DNA of 64,000 bases from an uncultured Synergistales bacterium. Its GTDB lineage: Bacteria > Synergistota > Synergistia > Synergistales > JAFGMB01. Below the pieces are notes generated by a model that saw nothing but the letters and a program-made list of their open reading frames with translations, searched no databases and was not told where the DNA came from. Where the stretch lies: NCBI GenBank assembly GCA_964410915.1, contig CAYPIU010000001.1, positions 150,569 through 214,568 on the forward strand, given 5' to 3'. Below, piece by piece: positions 9,673-19,494 of the stretch. The translations under genes were made by a program, and so were the position numbers. Every line of letters starts with the position of its first letter. Position 1 is the first letter of the stretch.

Positions 9673-11085
9673 GTGGACCTGATTAAAAGAAATCTCAGTA
9701 CAATAAACCGTGTCCACCTTATGGGAATCGGCGGAGCAGGCATGAGCGGCTTAGCTCTGCTTTTAAAGGATCTGGGTTATGAGGTAAGCGGTTGTGATGT
9801 TACACATACTTCCTATGTTGACAGGATAGTACAGCGAAACATTGATTTTAGTATCGGCCATAAAAAAAGTCACCTTGAGGATTATGAACCGGATCTATTA
9901 ATATATAGCAGTGCTATTCCAGATGAAAACGAAGAATTGAAAGATGCATTTGAAAGACATATTCCAGTAGCTAAAAGAGCGGATGTACTCAGCTGGTTAT
10001 TCAATTCAAGACAGGGGATAGGTGTTGCCGGAACTCATGGGAAAACTACTACATCTTCAATGATAGCTATGATCTTTGAGCAGGCTGGACTTGAACCTAC
10101 TGTTGCTATTGGTGGAGAATTATGCGATATAGGGGTAAATGCAAAACTTGGGGTTGGGCCCTATATGGTCGCCGAGCTTGATGAAAGTGATGGTTCCTTC
10201 GAGGAATTTACACCTGATATTTCCGTGGTGACAAATGCTGACTGGGATCATGTGGATCATTATCCATCTCCTGAAAGTGTGCTTGAAGCTTATCAAAGAT
10301 TTATCCATAAGACCAAACCAGGGGGTACAGCAATTCTCTGTGGGGAGGATTCGGGGCTTTGCAGACTTATACCTTTACTGTCGCATGATACTGATATTGA
10401 AACTTACGGTTTTGGCTCTTCCTGGGACTGGGGTGCTTTTGAAGTTAAGTATATAGAAGGCGGGGGCGTAAAATTTTCAATATGTTATAAGGGTAAGAGA
10501 ATATCTGAAATGAAGTTGAGTGTTTCTGGTGACCATAACATACTTAATGCCCTTGCGGCAATAGTTGTAGCAAGACATTTTGATATTCCTTTCAGCTTGA
10601 TCCAGAAAACTATGACTAATTTTAAAGGTGCAAAAAGGCGTCTGCAATTTATGGGGAATATCGGTAAAGCAGATTTTTATGATGATTATGGTCATCATCC
10701 CCGCGAAATTGAGGCTACGCTCAATACTCTGCGTCAAATGTTCCCTGCCAAAAGGCATCTTGTTGTTTTTCAGCCCCATAGATTTACAAGGACAAAGGCA
10801 ATGTACAGGGAATTTGCAGAAGTGCTTTCAATGGCCGATATGTTATATCTTATGCCTATTTATCCTGCAGATGAAGATCCTTTAAATGGAGTATCTTCCA
10901 GCTTAATTTCTGAAACCATGGGAGTACATGGTTATAAAAGTTGTCATTTATGCGATGGTTTCAATGATGCCACAACGTCAATAAGTTCTGAACTGAAAGA
11001 TAATGACTTGCTTATAACAATAGGTGCTGGAAATGTTACCCGAGTAGGTGAAATGGTTCTTTCAAGGTGTAATGGGGAGTTATGA
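9673..11085 (+). CDS. murC: UDP-N-acetylmuramate--L-alanine ligase
   Basis: 470 aa with a GTG start. Motifs HLMGIGGAGMSGLA and P-loop GTHGKTTT. Confidence 0.92.
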   Translation: MDLIKRNLSTINRVHLMGIGGAGMSGLALLLKDLGYEVSGCDVTHTSYVDRIVQRNIDFSIGHKKSHLEDYEPDLLIYSSAIPDENEELKDAFERHIPVAKRADVLSWLFNSRQGIGVAGTHGKTTTSSMIAMIFEQAGLEPTVAIGGELCDIGVNAKLGVGPYMVAELDESDGSFEEFTPDISVVTNADWDHVDHYPSPESVLEAYQRFIHKTKPGGTAILCGEDSGLCRLIPLLSHDTDIETYGFGSSWDWGAFEVKYIEGGGVKFSICYKGKRISEMKLSVSGDHNILNALAAIVVARHFDIPFSLIQKTMTNFKGAKRRLQFMGNIGKADFYDDYGHHPREIEATLNTLRQMFPAKRHLVVFQPHRFTRTKAMYREFAEVLSMADMLYLMPIYPADEDPLNGVSSSLISETMGVHGYKSCHLCDGFNDATTSISSELKDNDLLITIGAGNVTRVGEMVLSRCNGEL

Positions 11086-11091
11086 AAACAG

Positions 11092-11997
11092 ATGCATTGG
11101 TCAAAAGTGTTAAGCAGGGTGCTCAGGTCTCCGATCAAAGATAATTATTTAATTTCCGGGAATACTACTATGGGGATAGGCGGGTATGCGGAACATTTTG
11201 TAGAACCATATAATAAAGAGGATATAGTGTCGATCCTTAAAACCAAAATGGATTTAGGTTTTCCACTCTACATAATCGGTGGGGGCAGCAATTTGATAAT
11301 TCGACAGGGAAGTATCAGAGGTCTTTTTTTAAGTACAAGTAAACTCTCTGATATCAGTGTTCAATCCACCAGGGATAACTTTTTATTTGAGGTACAAGCC
11401 GGGGTTTCGGTTAGCAATGTTCTTAAAAAGGCATTTTCCGTTTCGGCTGAAGGGCTTGAATATCTCGTTGGGATTCCGGGAACGATCGGTGGAGCTATCT
11501 CTGGTAATGCTGGAGGTAAGGGGTATGCTATATCTAATAATATTTCCTGGATAGAATCTATTGAACCTGATGGAAGTTTTCGCAGATGGGACAAGAATGA
11601 AATCGAATGGAATTACAGATTTTGCAGTCTCAGTAATGACAGACGAATAATTACAAGGGTAGGGCTGAAACTTTCACATGGGAATACGGATAAAATAAGA
11701 ACTAAAACCAGAACTTTCTGGGAAATCCGGAAATATCAACCTTACAATTATAAAAGTGCCGGCTGCATATTCAAGAATCCTGAAGGTTACAGCGCGGGAA
11801 AGCTCCTGGATGAATGTGGTTGCAAAGGTTTAAAGTCTGGGGAAGCCATGATCTCGATGAAACATGCCAATTTTATAATTAATCTTGGAAGTGCGGATTA
11901 TTCTGACGTGTTGAATCTGATAGGAGAATGTCGCAGTAGAGTTTTAGAAAGTACAGGTATAGATCTTGAACTGGAAGTAAGGCTTATTGATGCATAG
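11092..11997 (+). CDS. murB: UDP-N-acetylenolpyruvoylglucosamine reductase
   Basis: 301 aa with FAD-binding MurB motifs (TTMGIGGYAE, IIGGGSNL, GSVFKNP-like GCIFKNP). Confidence 0.9.
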   Translation: MHWSKVLSRVLRSPIKDNYLISGNTTMGIGGYAEHFVEPYNKEDIVSILKTKMDLGFPLYIIGGGSNLIIRQGSIRGLFLSTSKLSDISVQSTRDNFLFEVQAGVSVSNVLKKAFSVSAEGLEYLVGIPGTIGGAISGNAGGKGYAISNNISWIESIEPDGSFRRWDKNEIEWNYRFCSLSNDRRIITRVGLKLSHGNTDKIRTKTRTFWEIRKYQPYNYKSAGCIFKNPEGYSAGKLLDECGCKGLKSGEAMISMKHANFIINLGSADYSDVLNLIGECRSRVLESTGIDLELEVRLIDA

Positions 11998-12787
11998 CCG
12001 ATTAAGGATCTCTTCCTGGAAATTCTGGTTGATCTGTATCGCACTAATTGTTGGTATCTTATTCAGATCTGAACAAAGATACCAGATCTTCAGGGTAAGA
12101 GATATTGCTATACAGCCTGAGGATCAGGTCCTTGAAAGAATAGTATGGGAAGAGATCCCCGAAAGATATATTGGATTCTGGCCTGGTCTACTGATGAAAG
12201 AAGATTATTTCTGTAGAAAAGTAGAAGAAAGACTGCCTGTGAAAAGTAAACTTACTTTAAACGGTTTCGGAAACTTTAGATTCACGTCAGAACCACTGGA
12301 AATAACGGGCCATGTTAGTTGGAACAGAAAACAATGGTTTATATCTGCAGAAGGATATGCCTGGTCTGAAGATCTTGATACTGGAGCTCTTCTTTTTGAC
12401 ACAAAAAAAGAAACTCATTTAAACTGGGTCATAGGTGACGGGTGTGTGGATCTTCTGAATGAGGATAACCTGAGTGATAGAAGACAGGTTTTAATTGCAA
12501 CCTTCCCGGTAAAAGAACTTGGAAAGTGGAGTGATGGTTTAAAGAACTATAAATGGTTTCCATATATTTCCAGGATACAGATTCACAAACAAGGCGGACA
12601 ATTCATATTAACATTGGGACTTGATATCTATACTAACGATATAAAGCTGGTCTTGAGAGGAAGCGATTTTCCCTGGCATGAACATATCGATGCTTTAAAA
12701 AAGATAATACCGGAATTTCCACAATTGGGGAAAAGTGTGCAGATCGATGCTACTTATAATAACCGTATAGTCGTTAAAGACATTTGA
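11987..12787 (+). CDS. ftsQ: FtsQ/DivIB-type cell division protein (divergent)
   Basis: 266 aa with a single N-terminal TM (FWLICIALIVGILF) followed by a POTRA-like segment (FRVRDIAIQPEDQ...). It sits between murB and ftsA. The sequence is divergent, so the call rests mainly on architecture and synteny. Confidence 0.65.
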   Translation: MMHSRLRISSWKFWLICIALIVGILFRSEQRYQIFRVRDIAIQPEDQVLERIVWEEIPERYIGFWPGLLMKEDYFCRKVEERLPVKSKLTLNGFGNFRFTSEPLEITGHVSWNRKQWFISAEGYAWSEDLDTGALLFDTKKETHLNWVIGDGCVDLLNEDNLSDRRQVLIATFPVKELGKWSDGLKNYKWFPYISRIQIHKQGGQFILTLGLDIYTNDIKLVLRGSDFPWHEHIDALKKIIPEFPQLGKSVQIDATYNNRIVVKDI

Positions 12788-12863
12788 CCGGATAGTTAGA
12801 TAGAATTCTTGTAACCAGGAGATAAATACAGTTACATGATACATTATGAAGGGAGCGGGAGTT

Positions 12864-14180
12864 ATGGTCAGCAGGGAGCCGGAAATTATTGTGGGGCTTG
12901 ATTTAGGAACGACCAAGACAGCTGTTGTAGTTGCAGAAAGAGATGAAAATCTTCGCGATCCCCAGATTATTGGTATCGGCCAGTCAAAATCTCTTGGAAT
13001 CAGGAAAGGAATGATCATCAACCTTGAACAGGCCGTTGAATCGGTGAAAGCAGCCTTGCATGATGCTGAGAGCATGGTCGGTTTTGAAATAGATGAAGCA
13101 ACCGTTGCTTTTAGCGGGGTTGATTCCAACAGTATTATTTCAAGAGGCATGGTATCTTTGGGAAGAACTCCAAGACAGGTAACGATCCAGGATGTTGAAA
13201 GAGTTATTGAGGCAGCACAAAGTGAGTTGGCAGTTCCTCCAAACAGATGCAATCTCCATACTATACCTGTCAAATATTCCATTGATGGAAATTCCGGGAT
13301 AGATGATCCTCTTGGTATGACAGGGATAAGACTTGAGATCGAGCTCCAGTCAGTTATTGTTCCAACTTCAGTTCTTCAGAATGTGGTTAATTGTATGGAA
13401 CGTGCAGGAGTTTCTGTAAAAGGGCTGGTTGTCAAATCACTATCAACATCCATGGGGGCTCTTACCAATGAAGAAAAACAGGCAGGTGTTATATCGCTTT
13501 CTGTTGGTGGGGGAATAACAACTATTGCTCTGTTTACTGATGGCAGACCGGTCAAACTTGCCGTTATACCTATTGGTGGAGATCATATAACGAATGATCT
13601 TGCTTACGTACTCAAAGTTCCTATAAGCAAGGCAGAAGAATTTAAAAAAGAACTTTCTCTTGATGATTCTGATCCTGAAGAAAAATATATTGAAGTTGAT
13701 ATAAGAGGGAAATCTCGGAAGATCGATGTTCTGGAAGCAGTTGAAGTAATGAGATACAGGATGGAAGAGCTTTTTTCAGAATATGTTTCCCAGCAGTTGA
13801 ATGATTTCAGTGTACATATGTTCCCTGCAGGTCTGGTACTATCAGGAGGGGTAGCGAAAACAAGGGAACTGGAACCTTTCGTTTCAGATCTTCTTGGATT
13901 TCCTGTTAGAATAGCGGACCCATTGGACAGTTTTCAGATGCCACCAGGACGGAATGACTGTCAGTATACCTCTGCTGCGGGGATAATACGCTATATAACA
14001 GATAAAGAACGAAATCCATACCATTTTATTGAAATACCAGTACATAAACTCAGGACAGGCTCTTTAAATCCAATTTCCTCCGGGAGAAAACCCAAGAGAG
14101 AAATCCCTTCAGGGGATGGCGGAGTTAAAGTGAAAAATCTTATTGGCGTAATCAGAAAATCGATCAAGGAACTTTTCTAG
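12864..14180 (+). CDS. ftsA: cell division protein FtsA
   Basis: Actin-fold motif VGLDLGTTKTAVVVAE and FtsA-like domains. ATG 12864 is preceded by AAGGGAG. The ORF-track start at ATG 12846 is an alternative. Confidence 0.92.
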   Translation: MVSREPEIIVGLDLGTTKTAVVVAERDENLRDPQIIGIGQSKSLGIRKGMIINLEQAVESVKAALHDAESMVGFEIDEATVAFSGVDSNSIISRGMVSLGRTPRQVTIQDVERVIEAAQSELAVPPNRCNLHTIPVKYSIDGNSGIDDPLGMTGIRLEIELQSVIVPTSVLQNVVNCMERAGVSVKGLVVKSLSTSMGALTNEEKQAGVISLSVGGGITTIALFTDGRPVKLAVIPIGGDHITNDLAYVLKVPISKAEEFKKELSLDDSDPEEKYIEVDIRGKSRKIDVLEAVEVMRYRMEELFSEYVSQQLNDFSVHMFPAGLVLSGGVAKTRELEPFVSDLLGFPVRIADPLDSFQMPPGRNDCQYTSAAGIIRYITDKERNPYHFIEIPVHKLRTGSLNPISSGRKPKREIPSGDGGVKVKNLIGVIRKSIKELF

Positions 14181-14216
14181 AACCTAAATTCTCGAATGTC
14201 GGGGAGGAATATAGTG

Positions 14217-15368
14217 ATGGAAAAAATGTTCAAGGTAATTGACCACTCAAGAGCCCATCACGAAAACATTAAAGTTATTGGAGTAGGTGGCGGAGGCGGT
14301 AATGCTCTTAATCACATCATCAGGAGCGGTGTTGAGGGTGTTGAGTTCATTTCGGCAAATACAGATATGGCATCTCTTGGTCTTTCAGAAGCAACCTCTA
14401 AAATGGTACTTGGTCGTGAACTCACAAAAGGGCTTGGAGCCGGTGCTGACCCAGAGATAGGATATAATGCAGCAAAAGAATCTTTTGATGATATCAGAGA
14501 AATGCTTGCCGGGGCTGATATGGTTTTCCTGACTGCGGGAATGGGTGGAGGAACAGGTACAGGTGCTACTCCTGTTATTGCAGAGATAGCAAAGGAATCA
14601 GGTTCTCTTGTTGTAGCAGTGGTAACACATCCCTTTTCATTTGAAGGTAAAAGACGTTATAAACAATCAATTGAAGGATCGAACAATCTAAAGGGAAAAG
14701 TTGATGCCCTTATCGTAATTGAAAATGATAAATTACTTGAAATTGCTGATAAAGGTACTGGGCTGACAGATGCATTTCAGTTGGCTGATGAAGTATTGAG
14801 GCAGGCTGTACAGGGTGTTACAGATCTTATCCTTTGTCCGGGACTTGTTAATGTTGATTTTGCAGATGTCAGAACGGTGATGCGTAATGCTGGAGCTGCA
14901 ATAATGGGTATAGGCCATGCTCAAGGGGAAAATAGAGCGATACTGGCTTCCCAGTCAGCAATAAACAGTCCGTTAATGTCTACACCTATGGATGGTGCAA
15001 AGGGAGTACTTTTCAATGTAACAGGTGGTAAAGATGTAGGCATATATGAAATTCAGGAAGCTGCTAAGGTCATAAATGAAGCTGCAGACGAGGATGCGAC
15101 CATTATCTGGGGGCATACTATAAATGAAGAGATGGATGACCAGATAAAGATTACAGTTATAGCTACAGGTTTCAGTGCCAATATGAAAGAAGAGAAGAAC
15201 AGGCACATTTCCAGAAATCCACATAAACTCAAGGGAAGAATGGAGCTTGAAGAATCGGAAGTTGTTTTTTCTGCTGAAGATGATGATCTTTTCAAAATAA
15301 ACGGGGTTCCGGCAAATAATTTTGATATTCCTACTTATATCAGAAAAACAGAAAAAAAAGACAAGTAG
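14217..15368 (+). CDS. ftsZ: cell division GTPase FtsZ
   Basis: Motifs [11 protein letters not shown] and the tubulin signature GGGTGTGA. It has a conserved C-terminal peptide region (DIPTYIRK). ATG 14217 follows GGAGG (14203-14207). The ORF is open from ATG 14196. Confidence 0.95.
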   Translation: MEKMFKVIDHSRAHHENIKVIGVGGGGGNALNHIIRSGVEGVEFISANTDMASLGLSEATSKMVLGRELTKGLGAGADPEIGYNAAKESFDDIREMLAGADMVFLTAGMGGGTGTGATPVIAEIAKESGSLVVAVVTHPFSFEGKRRYKQSIEGSNNLKGKVDALIVIENDKLLEIADKGTGLTDAFQLADEVLRQAVQGVTDLILCPGLVNVDFADVRTVMRNAGAAIMGIGHAQGENRAILASQSAINSPLMSTPMDGAKGVLFNVTGGKDVGIYEIQEAAKVINEAADEDATIIWGHTINEEMDDQIKITVIATGFSANMKEEKNRHISRNPHKLKGRMELEESEVVFSAEDDDLFKINGVPANNFDIPTYIRKTEKKDK

Positions 15369-15462
15369 ACGTTCTCTCTGAACACATATTATAAGCAATC
15401 GGGCTGCCTGCTTTTATTTCAGGTTATTTATTATATCTGTCAGAGGGTTAAAAGTACAAAGC

Positions 15463-15498
15463 GGGCGGGGGTCAGATGGACTGATCTCTGCCCTTTTT
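15463..15498 (+). terminator. candidate intrinsic terminator downstream of ftsZ
   Basis: GGGCGGGGGTCA / TGATCTCTGCCC forms a 12-bp stem (3 G-U pairs) with a 7-nt loop, followed by TTTTT (15494-15498). Confidence 0.4.
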
Positions 15499-15567
15499 CC
15501 GTCTATATATTATCTTGTTGGTGTAATCTTCAGGTGATTCCCAGTTTCCGGAAAGGATGGGTTAATA

Positions 15568-16287
15568 ATGCTGTCCAGAAAAAGCAGAAGACGAAGGGAT
15601 CCCAGTCCTATGTTTCCCTTTGGAGAGATCATGTTGCCAGTTATTGGCCTTGTCGCTCTCGGACTTTTAATTATTGCGGTAAAGATGTTCTTTATTCCTT
15701 CGGGAGAGGAAAAAACATATGGTAATATGCCTCAAGAAGTCATTGAGAAGGAAGTTAACGATGACGAAACTGAAGTAGTACAAGTTGTAAAAGATGAATC
15801 CAGAATTAGCCTTGAAGAAAATTCACAGAAGCAGGGACGAGAAGCTATGTCAAATTCTAAAAATGATAAGGCTATTGAAAATACTATTGCCGTTCCAGTT
15901 GAAGAAGGAACAAATGTTTCAAAAAAGGATAATGTTGCTATTAATTCTGGTGAAGGAGAAAAATCAGATTCCAGTCAACCTGCCAAACCAGAAAATGTCC
16001 TGGATTCACCAGAGGTTTCAAATGAAGTTAAAGGTGATCTGGCTAAAAGCGCAGATTCAAGATGGGGTGTTCAGATAGGTTCTTTTACGGACGCGAATGC
16101 TGCCAGGTTGCTTTCCAGCAAGGCGAAAAAGACAGGTTATTCAGTCAGGATAGAGGAAGCTGTAATAAACGGGACCAAATATCACAGAGTAATAATCTCT
16201 GCTGGTAGTACAAAAGCTGAAGCTTCAGATATTCAGGATAAGTTAAAACAACAGGGATATCCTACTTTTTTAAAACGGACAAAATAA
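15568..16287 (+). CDS. SPOR domain-containing membrane protein
   Basis: 239 aa with an Arg-rich N-tail, one TM (IMLPVIGLVALGLLIIAV) and an acidic low-complexity linker. The C-terminal SPOR-like repeat reads WGVQIGSFTDANAARLL...GTKYHRVIISAGSTKAEASDIQDKLKQQGY. Confidence 0.8.
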   Translation: MLSRKSRRRRDPSPMFPFGEIMLPVIGLVALGLLIIAVKMFFIPSGEEKTYGNMPQEVIEKEVNDDETEVVQVVKDESRISLEENSQKQGREAMSNSKNDKAIENTIAVPVEEGTNVSKKDNVAINSGEGEKSDSSQPAKPENVLDSPEVSNEVKGDLAKSADSRWGVQIGSFTDANAARLLSSKAKKTGYSVRIEEAVINGTKYHRVIISAGSTKAEASDIQDKLKQQGYPTFLKRTK

Positions 16288-16348
16288 CTTTTATCTCATT
16301 TATATTCTCCATTGATTTGACTTTATACCTTTTGTAGGGGTTGTAGTA

Positions 16349-17581
16349 ATGTCAGGATTTGTGAAAGATTTATTTCCAAGATCAGATGCACTAAGATATA
16401 TTCACACACAAATGCGTTTCCCCTGGGTTTTTCCTCAGGATAGGTTAAAATTAAACCGACTTAATGGTCATATACTTGGTGAGGATATAACTGCATCCTG
16501 TGACCATCCCTTATTTACCAGAAGTCTAAGGGATGGTTATGCTGTCAATAGCAAAGATATTACAGGGGCGAGTTCAGATGCCCCTACTTACCTTCGTCTC
16601 TCTGGCGAAATACCAATGGGAGCGTTGCCTGAAAAGGACCTTAGTTCTGGAAATGCATTGTTGATATACACAGGTGGGATGTTACCTGAAGGAGCAGACT
16701 GTGTAGTGATGCTGGAGGATACTGCCCTCACTGGTTCATGGCTTGAAGTGCGCAGGGCAGAACAGTCAGGGGCAAATATCATTATGAAAGGTGAAGAATT
16801 CTCTGAAGGAGATATGGTCATGAATAAGGGTCATATTATTGATTTCAGATCATCAGGGATTCTGGCTCATTTAGGTATAACATCTGTTAATATTGTCAAA
16901 CCTCGTATTGGAATTATTAGTACTGGTGATGAGATTGTTCCGGTAACAGAGACTCATCTTCAGCCTGGCATGGTCCGGGATGTAAACAGTGAAGTAATCG
17001 AGTCCTGGTTTAGAAGTTATGGATTTTATATAAATCGATACGGAATTGTCAGAGATAATCAAACTGATCTTGAAGAAATGGTTTGGCATGCATATTCTGA
17101 AAATGACATTGTTATACTGAGCGGAGGTTCTTCTGTAAGTATACGTGATTTCACATCGGAAGTATTTGAAAAAATAAGTTCACCAGGAATGATCTTACGT
17201 GGGTTAAGGATCAAACCAGGTAAACCTACCCTTGTTGCGGGATCGTTAAAAGATAAAAAGATTCTTTTTGGGTTACCTGGACACCCCCTCTCCTGTACCG
17301 TTGTTCTTATTACTTTTGTAATGCCTCTTATTTTTCAGGCGATGGGCCGAAAACTTTCTTATCAAAAAAAGCACTATTTTCCACTTGCCGATGATGTTTA
17401 CGGCAACACAGGAATTGAGGAATTTATACCATTCAGGTTTCAACAGGATAAGGTAATTCCTGTCATGTCAAAATCCGGTTATATAAGTACGCTCATTTCA
17501 TGTGATGGCTTTATCAGGCTTGATGAACAAAAGGAGACCATAAGACAGGGAGATAATGTGGAGGTCTTTATATGGCATTAA
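16349..17581 (+). CDS. moeA: molybdopterin molybdenumtransferase MoeA
   Basis: 410 aa with MoeA N-terminal, MoCF-binding (ISTGDEI...ILSGGSSV) and C-terminal domains. Confidence 0.85.
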   Translation: MSGFVKDLFPRSDALRYIHTQMRFPWVFPQDRLKLNRLNGHILGEDITASCDHPLFTRSLRDGYAVNSKDITGASSDAPTYLRLSGEIPMGALPEKDLSSGNALLIYTGGMLPEGADCVVMLEDTALTGSWLEVRRAEQSGANIIMKGEEFSEGDMVMNKGHIIDFRSSGILAHLGITSVNIVKPRIGIISTGDEIVPVTETHLQPGMVRDVNSEVIESWFRSYGFYINRYGIVRDNQTDLEEMVWHAYSENDIVILSGGSSVSIRDFTSEVFEKISSPGMILRGLRIKPGKPTLVAGSLKDKKILFGLPGHPLSCTVVLITFVMPLIFQAMGRKLSYQKKHYFPLADDVYGNTGIEEFIPFRFQQDKVIPVMSKSGYISTLISCDGFIRLDEQKETIRQGDNVEVFIWH

Positions 17582-19494
17582 GAGAACATATATCTATTGG
17601 CGAGGTTTGGGATATCTTTCTTGAAAAATTTGAAGGAAATATACATAGTAGAAAAATCAATATCAGTACATTAGATGCCGAAATTACTGGTCTTGAATTA
17701 GCAGAAGATATAATATCGAAGGCGAATGTTCCGCATTATAATGCTTCTGCAGTGGATGGCTATGCTCTTGATTCTCGATTGACTTCAGGAGCCTCTCCAG
17801 CAACACCTGTTAAGCTTGTAAAAGAACAATACTGTTGGCTGAATACTGGTATGGCAATTCCGGAAGAGTTCAATTCCGTTCTTATGGTAGAAAACTCAAC
17901 CATAAAAAAAGATAATCTGTTTGTTTATAATACTCAGTCTGCAGGAACAAATGTTCGCTCAGTAGGTGAAGATGTTTCGTCAGGTCAGGTCATAGCAAGG
18001 AAAGGAGATATAGTATCTCCATATCTTGCGGCTTTACTTCCCTGTGCCGGGATCCGCAGTGTAAGTGTTATAGCATCTCCGAGAGTTGTATTCATTCCAA
18101 CCGGTGATGAAATCATATCTAAAAATGACTGGCTGGAAGTTTCCGAACATGAGCCTGGAACAATAATGGAAAGCAACTCTATTATGCTTCGCTCTCTTTT
18201 TAAGAACTGGGGTATGGATCTTGAAGTAACAAATATTATTCCTGATGACCGGGAAAAGATTGAAAGTGTTATAGGCGAAGCAGTAAATAATTATGACATG
18301 ATACTTGTCGGAGCAGGCTCTGCGAAAGGTAGAAAGGATCATGTTTTCCCAGTGTTGCAGGACATAGGCGAGGTCCTTTTTCACTGGACTTTAATGAAAC
18401 CTGGCCGTCCAGCTATGGGAGCCATTGTCAATGAAAAACCGGTAATAGGTTTACCAGGTTTCCCCATGTCAACTGCCGTTACAGCCTGGTCAATTGTTTA
18501 TCCGATTTTACAATTGATGATCCATGGCACATTCAATAGAGAAAAAGTTATTCCTGAAGCTCTGGGTGTTGTTGAAACACACCATGATCTTCCACTTATG
18601 ATCTCCCATTCATCCCCGGCAGGGATAGAAGAATGGCTAAGGATAAAAGTTGTTGAATTGAATGGAAGAAAAACTGTTGTGCCTTTTACTGGTGGATCAA
18701 GTAAAATGCTTTTAATGTCAGAAATGGACGGCATCTCTCTTTTACCTGCAAAATCTCTTGAATTCCCGAAAGGCACTACTATTCCGACCGTCTGGATCAC
18801 TAAAAATATCAACTGGGAGAATCGAGTTTTATACCAGGGATCGAATGATCCTGCTCTTGATAGGATAATATCGTTTGTAAGAAATAATGGCGGGGATATT
18901 GTTACCCGCTATGTAGGTAGTCTTGGAGGACTTGCTGCTCTGAAACGGAAAGAATGTCATTTTGCGGCAGTACATCTTCTTGATCCCGTCTCAGGGAAAT
19001 ATAATGATTCATATATAAAGGAATTTGCCGGAAATGAGAAATGGAGAAGGTTATTGGTTTATTACAGGGAGCAGGGAATAATAGTTAAAAAAGGGAATCC
19101 CAGATCAATCAGTACGATCCAGGATCTAACAGATCCTGAGGTAAATCTGGTAAATCGCCAGCCGGGAGCTGGCACAAGGGTTCTTCTGGATCATTATCTT
19201 GATTCTGCTGGTATAGATAGTTCGCTTATCTCCGGATACAATAATTGTTCTTTTACTCATTTTGACGCTGCAAGTCAGGTTAAGACAGGAATTGCGGATG
19301 TAGCTTTAGGTATTCGTGCTGCTGCTACAGAAATGGACCTTGACTTTATACCACTTACAGAAGAACCATTCGAACTGGTTATTCCTGAATCAAGTTTTTA
19401 CCATAAAGGAATTCAATCGCTTATCAAGAGCCTCGACGATCCTGCATGGAGATCAATGGTAGAGAAAATGGGGGGATACAGATGGGCGGTCTGA
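17572..19494 (+). CDS. MoeA-family protein fused to a C-terminal periplasmic-binding-protein-like (molybdate/tungstate-binding type) domain
   Basis: 640 aa. Residues 1 to about 410 are a second MoeA (PTGDEI, LVGAGSAKG, GLPGFPMS). Residues about 420-640 resemble the PBP-like domain found fused to MoeA in anaerobes and archaea. It overlaps moeA by 10 nt. Confidence 0.8.
   Translation: MALREHISIGEVWDIFLEKFEGNIHSRKINISTLDAEITGLELAEDIISKANVPHYNASAVDGYALDSRLTSGASPATPVKLVKEQYCWLNTGMAIPEEFNSVLMVENSTIKKDNLFVYNTQSAGTNVRSVGEDVSSGQVIARKGDIVSPYLAALLPCAGIRSVSVIASPRVVFIPTGDEIISKNDWLEVSEHEPGTIMESNSIMLRSLFKNWGMDLEVTNIIPDDREKIESVIGEAVNNYDMILVGAGSAKGRKDHVFPVLQDIGEVLFHWTLMKPGRPAMGAIVNEKPVIGLPGFPMSTAVTAWSIVYPILQLMIHGTFNREKVIPEALGVVETHHDLPLMISHSSPAGIEEWLRIKVVELNGRKTVVPFTGGSSKMLLMSEMDGISLLPAKSLEFPKGTTIPTVWITKNINWENRVLYQGSNDPALDRIISFVRNNGGDIVTRYVGSLGGLAALKRKECHFAAVHLLDPVSGKYNDSYIKEFAGNEKWRRLLVYYREQGIIVKKGNPRSISTIQDLTDPEVNLVNRQPGAGTRVLLDHYLDSAGIDSSLISGYNNCSFTHFDAASQVKTGIADVALGIRAAATEMDLDFIPLTEEPFELVIPESSFYHKGIQSLIKSLDDPAWRSMVEKMGGYRWAV

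Noticed and set aside
12695-13282. 195-aa ORF on the minus strand spanning the ftsQ/ftsA junction.
   Set aside because: It is entirely antisense to the strongly supported ftsQ 3' end and ftsA. Its composition is Ser/Thr/Leu-rich and typical of antisense frames. It has no RBS and no recognisable motif. The same reasoning applies to the other long antisense ORFs in the track, for example 943-1311, 9282-9596, 18034-18384, 45795-46154 and 48501-48842.
14973-15398. 141-aa minus-strand ORF overlapping the 3' third of ftsZ.
   Set aside because: It is antisense to ftsZ and its sequence is low-complexity and Phe/Ile-rich, as expected from AT-rich antisense reading. It has no start context.
15412-15432. 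A weak hairpin (AAGCA-N11-TGCTT followed by TTATTT) downstream of ftsZ.
   Set aside because: The stem is only 5 bp and the loop is large. The downstream hairpin at 15463-15498 is the better terminator candidate.
16288-16348. I looked for a Moco/Tuco riboswitch upstream of moeA.
   Set aside because: The spacer is only about 60 nt. This is far shorter than the approximately 130-nt Moco RNA motif, and I saw no conserved-looking stems.
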